From the human T2T-CHM13v2.0 reference genome, Homo sapiens: DNA of 64,000 nucleotides. Within the stretch, counting starts at the first letter, position 1. Each line of letters begins with the position of its first letter. Where the stretch lies: assembly GCF_009914755.1 (NCBI RefSeq), contig NC_060935.1. One strand, written 5' to 3'. Below the pieces are notes generated by a model. The model made no database searches, was not told the DNA's origin, and saw nothing but the letters and a program-made list of their open reading frames with translations. This document shows, in pieces, positions 55,215 to 64,000 of the stretch. The position numbers were made by a program, and so were the translations under genes.

Positions 55215-55450
55215 TCAGCATGCAGACTCTGAAGCCAAATTACGTGGGTTTGAATCCTGGCTCTGCCACTTACTTGCTGTGCAACCTTGGGCAAGTTACT
55301 TGACCTCTCTGTGCCTCAGTTTTCTCATCTGTTAAATAAGGATAATAATAGTAACCTATCTCATAGAGGTTTTGTGGATACTGAGTGAGGTAACATGTAA
55401 AGGGCTTAGTTCAGTGCCTGATACATAGGAAGAGATATGTGTTAGCTGTA
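55215..55450 (+). mobile_element. MIR (well preserved)
   Basis: gggtttgaatcctggctctgccacttacttgctgtgcaaccttgggcaagttacttgacctctctgtgcctcagttttctcatctg. Confidence 0.9.
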
Positions 55451-57611
55451 TTGATATTACAAGTCCAATACTGTAGGACATTCACTGTAGAAAATACTTC
55501 AGGACCTTCTGATTGCTGTCTGGTTCATTGCATCCTCTGCTACCTGCCTGCCTCTCCAGCCTCATCTTACAGCATGCTCCTGGCCCTGTGTGTTCTAGCC
55601 ACTCTGGCCTTCCCACAGCCCCTGAAAAGCACCAAGCTCCCTCCTGCATCGGGGCCTTGACACATGTTGTACCTTCTGTGGGAATACTCACCCAGGCCTT
55701 CTCACTGGTCCCTCCTGTTCAGGCAGCTGAGTCTCATCTGGGGAAAACTCCTGTGGACCTTCCAGGCTCTGCCCAAGCCCTGTTCCACCTTCTCATGGTG
55801 ACATATATAACCCCCCTATAAACACAGCACACGTGCAATTTTACAATTTTTTTTTTTTTTTTTTGGCAATCTGATACTTGTTCGCCTCCTCTATTGGTTG
55901 TAAATTTTTTGCTGTCAGAGACTGTGCCTGTATTTGTTCACCATAGTATTCCAGCACCTTGCACACTGCCTGGTGCAGGGCAGAGAGTCAGTGGAGAGCT
56001 GCAAGGGTACACTGAGCATTAGAGAGGAGGAAACAGGCGGGGAGGGGGCATTGGGCTCTGCAGGCAGTCCCCGCCCACCCTGAATCCCCCAGTGAGCTCA
56101 GCAGCCCCATGTTACTCTCGGCCCATATCCTCATCCAGAGCCAAATGTGCATTATCCCTCCCAGGAAAGCCAGGCTTGCTAGGCACAGAGCTGCTTCCTA
56201 TCTGTGTGTTTACAGATAATGCCAGCCTCATTTTCACAGCCTCAGGCCTGGCCTTGCTTGGAATTCCATAAGCCTTTTCAATATACAGGGGATCTCCAGA
56301 GACAATTACCTTGGAATGAAGGTTTCCAGGAGTGCTTATTCTGGGTAGCGTTTTCTCATCCCAACTGTAGCCTCCCAAAGCTTTCCGGAGTTAAGTAACA
56401 CAATTACAGAGTTAAATGACATTGAAGAATGGGAGGCACTCTGCAGCCCCAGCAGCAGGTGAAACAGGAGATGTGAAGCCTGACTTGTAAAGTTGTAGAA
56501 AGCTGCTGGCATGTAGAGGGGGCAGGGGCAGCTGGCCTCCTCAAGGGCAGAAAGCTGGGGTGAGGAGGTGTACTGTAAAAAGGTCAGAGAAGAAAGATCT
56601 GGAAGCTGATCAGAGATAGAAGAGAGGATCTGAAAGAGGATTCAGAGGGAGCTGGAGAGGCCATTTAATTCATTCTCCCCAAAGGAGAATCATGTTTGGA
56701 GGAAGGGACTGGGGAGAATGACTGGCTTTCCAAGCTAGGTACTGGATTTTTCCCAGAGTTTTCCAAAGGACTGGACAGCATGAGGTCTGGGAGGCCTGGA
56801 CCCCACATAGGTCCACATAGACAGACGGTCACACCAGAGAAGCACATTGTGTCAACACAGCTGTGCATGTGCTCCAGGTCACCCGGGAAAGGCCGCAGGG
56901 GCCAGAGTGGGGGACGCGGTGACCAGTTAGGGCTGCACATACACAGAACAGGTCTGCCTGCCTCCAAACATGCCCACAACTCATCATAAGGTCTCCATAA
57001 GCCCTTGCTAAGATGATCCTCATTGTCAAGTTCAGCAGCAGCATCATTGTCATCCCAACAGCAAAGACTTACTGGCTACTTACTTCAAACCAGGCCCCAT
57101 GCTCAGCATTTACAGACATGGCCTCATTCATCTTCTCAACAATTGTAGGAGCTAGGTACTCTTATTATACCCGCGTTACAGATAAGCAAACTGAGGCTTA
57201 GAAAAAGTTGAATAAATGACTTGTCCAAGGTCATACAACAGGTAAGTGAGTGCGAGTCCAGGTAGTTCTAAGCCACACTGAAAACTAAGTTCAGTTACCC
57301 CCTCTACTGCCTTAATAGCCCCTTATTGATATGGCAGCGCTCTACAGTGTTATGATTTATAAGGCTCTTCTACAACCATCATCTCTTTTGACTCTCACAT
57401 AATATTGATAGGCTGGTATTGCCCCATTTTACAGTGGAGAAAAATGAGTCCCAGAGAAGGGAAGTAAATTGCACATGGCCATTTGGACGGCAAGGAGCAG
57501 AGGCACTGGCAGTTCTCCTGACCCGTCCCATCCTCCCATTAGCATGGCTGTATGTAAGGGAGGGCAGCCAGGCCAGGTGGAGGAGGCAGGCCTGAGGCTG
57601 CAAGAGGTCAT

Positions 57612-58061
<450 letters not shown>

Positions 58062-58992
58062 TTAGACCACTCCTCATGCCATTCTCAGGAAGCCCGGAGT
58101 GGGAGCAGGGGGCCCAGGCAGACGCAGACCACAGCCTTATTGTGAAGGCTCATCTTCCTCCCAGCCAGGCTCATGTCCCAGGAGAAGAGCAGTGGCCACG
58201 CCAAGCCTTCAGGCTTTGACAGAAATGGTGGCAGCTGCACGGCCCCTATTAATCTCCAGGAGGCCAAAGAGAGTATGTTTTGGAAGTCACCTCCAGGCTG
58301 GCTCCCGCCTGCCCTCCCCTTGTAAACTCTACAAACATCCAGGAGATAAAAGAGGGGATCTCTCAGAGGCAGAACACAAAGCTCTTCAAAGAACACTTTC
58401 AGTCAAAAATAGGGAGAGGAGAGAGGTCTTTCTCTCGGAGGGAATGTATTTATATACCCCTGTGGGGGCGCACATCCGCCCCATGCCACAGCCGGGCACA
58501 TGGGATGCGTGGAGCACTCTCTGCTTCCCTTCACCTGTCCTTTTCTTTCTCCGGAGACCTACCCTGTGGCTCTAATGGTCCCAGCTTTTTCTGGTTTTCC
58601 ATCCCCCCTGGGTTACGATTTTAGACCTGCCTTCCCCAGATGGCCCCTTCCTGAATTTCTTTCCCTAAAATCAAATGTCCCTGCTAGCTGCTGCTCTTCA
58701 CTGACGAGTCTGGTCATCAGTTTCCTCCTCAGAGCGTTCAATACTGCTGACCGCCATCATCCACTTAAGCAAAGTGGGGACCACTCATGTAAGCGCTGTC
58801 TCTTCTAGTCAGGCACATTAAAGCAGGGGATTTGACAGCTGGAAAGGAGCTTAGAGAGCCTCTGCTTGAACCCTTTCATTTTACAGTTGAGGACACTATT
58901 CCAGACGGTGGAATAATTTGCCTAAGGTCGTGATGAGGTTGTGGCCCACAAGTGACAAGAGTCAGGGCTGCTTTTTGGTTTAAAATGTTAAA

Positions 58993-60463
<1,471 letters not shown>

Positions 60464-60721
60464 TCACCAAAATCCAGGTCTTCTGATGTCCTGTTCCCTG
60501 CTCTTTCCGCCTGGGAGCATGCCCACCCCTCCCTGGCCTGGCCCCCACCTGCCCCCCAGGAGGCAGAGGAGCAGAAGGGCTTGGATGAGTTGTCATTGTA
60601 CATGCCCCTCAGCCTCCCACACCAGTGATTCCTGGGTGGAATCACAGTCCCAGCCCCCTATCTTACTAGTTTGGTTTCATGGCACATTATCTCTTCATCT
60701 GAAGGCTGCTTTATAGCATAA

Positions 60722-61027
<306 letters not shown>

Positions 61028-62504
61028 ATAATGTCTTTGACTAGGTAAAATAACGAAGGCACATGTGATTGGAATAATCTGATCCCATGTGATTGTTGCT
61101 GATACCCCAGTGCCTTCAAGCTAAAGTAGGTAATTACTCCTCTATATTGAGAATATAATATTAAATGCAAGAAACGACCGCCACAAACCTTTCATGGCTT
61201 CTTTCAGCTTGTCACTGCCCTTTCCTGTCTCCTTCCCTGCCTCCCTTTCCCCCAGCGTCCTCTTGACCGGGGACAAAGGAAAGAAAGACTGGGACTGGTG
61301 GGAATGTGCCAGCAATGTGTGCATGAAGCCGGTTCCCTGTTTGTAGGGAAGTGTCAGTGAGTGAGTAGACAGAAATGCTCTGTCCAGACGTGAGGCACAA
61401 GCTCTCCCTTGGCATGTGGTCATTCTCCCTGTGCCCAGGGAAGAACCCTGGTAGTGAGCTGCTGCCCATCTGCAGATGTGTCTCCACAGGGACATATGGA
61501 ATTGTTTTGGCATAATGTCACAGTTGGCCAACTTTTATCGACTTGTAAAATGATTTCCAAATTTTAATCCAAAGTTTGCCCTTTGGGAGGAAAGCAGCGT
61601 GTGAGGAAAATAAACTTGAGGATAGAGTTGTTGACTTTGGTTAATTGATTTGGATTTTTTTTTTAAAGAACCAGAGAAAGGAATGGATGCCACGTTTACC
61701 TCATGCCCATTTCATCACTTTTAATTTTTCTAATCTTGCCATCTTTCCTCCAGTTTCTTCATTCCAGCCCATTTAACTCTTGTTTCCTCCCCTCAAGTTT
61801 CAGGTAGGGGTTGGCTACCAATTTGGTTCATTTCTGTTACCTGACACCTGTGCTCAAAAGCTGAATTCAAATCAGTGCCTCTGTTGTGGAGGGGCTGAGG
61901 CTCTGAACGGCCCAAGCAACTGTCTAAAGAGTCCCCCAAATGAAGGCACTAACAATCCTCTAATCAAACCTAACTTTGAATGCAAGTGTCAATTCACTTG
62001 CTAGCAGTCATCAGCACTGTCTTGGAGAAATACAGAATGGATCATTCACATTTTCTATTTTGTAGTGAAAATCCCCTTCATCTGCACCCTAGTTGCTTTT
62101 TAAGGATGACCTCACCATATAAGGCTCCGAGTTTGTTAAGCTGTGCTGGATCGTGTGACTGCTTTATGGGGTGGAACGTGAATTGGTGATGGAGGATTGG
62201 GGTTGAGGTGGAGAAGAAACTGATCTTTGCCAATGGATTTATCCTTCCTGTACACAAATCATAATTCCCTTGTGTGTAAAATGAGGGCCAGCACATCTGT
62301 CTCCCCACTTTCTTTGCAGTGTTTGTACGTAGTCATTCAGAACTGATTAGCCTGTTTGTAGATTGTTGGACCACACTTCACTTTTCTTATTTCATCTTTT
62401 GCATCAACTGATCGACCAGCATTAGAAAATGTCAATCATTGTAGGCTCGTCTGAGATACAGCGCCCAGGTCATAAAAACATGGCTCTTAACAATTAGTAC
62501 AGTA

Positions 62505-62672
62505 TAAGTTAGAATCATCAGGGCAGCTTTTTACAAATATAGATTCCTGCGTCCTACCACCAGAAAATCTGATCCAGGAAGTCTGGGATGAGACTCAGGA
62601 ATTCACATTTTAATTGACCCAGCAGGTGATTCTGAGGTAGGTGGCCCCATAGACAGCATTTTGAGAACCACC
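62505..62672. mobile_element. MER5-like fossil
   Basis: ttagaatcatcagggcagctt...caggtgattctgagg...tttgagaaccac. Confidence 0.7.
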
Positions 62673-63388
62673 ATAGAGGATTGCTGGGAAGGACCCAGGC
62701 ACTCTCCTTGATTTATGGATGAGGTTAAGGGAGCCTAGAGAAGTGAAGTGACTAGTCCAGGTTGGTTAGTTGGTTGTTAGAGTAGAGGATGCATTAGAAC
62801 TGAGCACCAGTTCTGGGCTTTTCCCACTGCCCCATGTGTAGGAGAGTAGACTAATAGGAAACAGACTTGCTTTCCACAGGATTGATTTAAATTAGATACA
62901 AGGAAAAACTTCCTGACATAGAAGAGTATGAGGAAGTCTACATCTTTCCCAGAAGGGTTTAATTCAGGGCTAACTCTCATCAGATGTGGGCACTTGAGGT
63001 ACAGTTTGGAGGCAAGGGGAAAGGAAGGAAGCCTTTATTGAACAAATGCTGGTTGTTGTGCATTAAGGGGACCAGAAACTCTTCTTCGGGTCTGCTAATG
63101 ACATCTGAAGTTTCACCTGGACAGCGACATAAGTGGCCAGTGATCCAGGAGGCCTGAATCCTAGCCAGCTGGGATGAGCTTTGTGATGTTGGACCACTTG
63201 CTCAGTTTTCTGGTCTCTGCTTTCTCACTGTGGGACAAATGGGGTTGCATTAAGGTTTTTCTGATTTCTGTGGTTCCAGCATTTTTACTTTTCATTGTAG
63301 CCCCTTCAGCAAAGTTTCTTACACACCATAAGCAGTCAGTGGAGTTTTGTCAACTGAACGAAACAAACACTACTCAATATTGAGAATG

Positions 63389-63739
<351 letters not shown>

Positions 63740-64000
63740 CTAGGACACTTTGAGACTGTCTCTGAACAGTCTGGTAGTGATACCCCCTGTTTTTAAAATT
63801 ATTTATGTATTTAAAGGGATCTAACGACAAGTGAACATGAGTTATAGCTTCAATATCCATGTACTTTTATGAGTGATCATTCAGATCTGTATGCAGTGTT
63901 GACTTAGAGCCACTCCTCAAGCAAGAAGCCAGACCAGCATCACATCTCCAATAGCAGTGACGGTTGCTGGTCGCAAGTCTCTGTGCCTCTTCTCCTATGG

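Noticed and set aside
58458-58473. ccctgtgggggcgc as a second CTCF site
   Set aside because: Several mismatches in the 5' half of the core; not supportable without data.

Overview
Human-type genomic DNA lying inside GRIK4 (kainate receptor subunit GluK4/KA1, + strand; recalled as chr11q23.3). Only two coding exons are in the window, both phase 0/0. 22232-22339 encodes the ATD-S1 linker ([36 protein letters not shown]) and 28973-29176 encodes part of the S1 ligand-binding lobe (ENPYLMLKG...[10 protein letters not shown]). The rest is intron: 15 Alus (one is a young AluYg6), many MIR/L2/L3 fragments, DNA-transposon fossils (MER82, MER58A, MER63A, MER5A, Tigger4), MaLR LTRs, microsatellites and an antisense HMGB1 processed pseudogene. 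I found no prokaryotic-type system or new protein-coding gene. The best leads are RNA-level: (1) a head-to-head AluYg6/AluSx inverted pair 23 bp apart; (2) a possible 312-nt stop-free circRNA from the two exons; (3) a UG-repeat-flanked candidate TDP-43-repressed poison exon next to a Z-DNA tract and a consensus CTCF site; (4) a strong cryptic acceptor formed by the antisense HMGB1 acidic tail. Repeat names and exon numbers come from recall of consensus sequences, not from a search; boundaries of old repeats are approximate.
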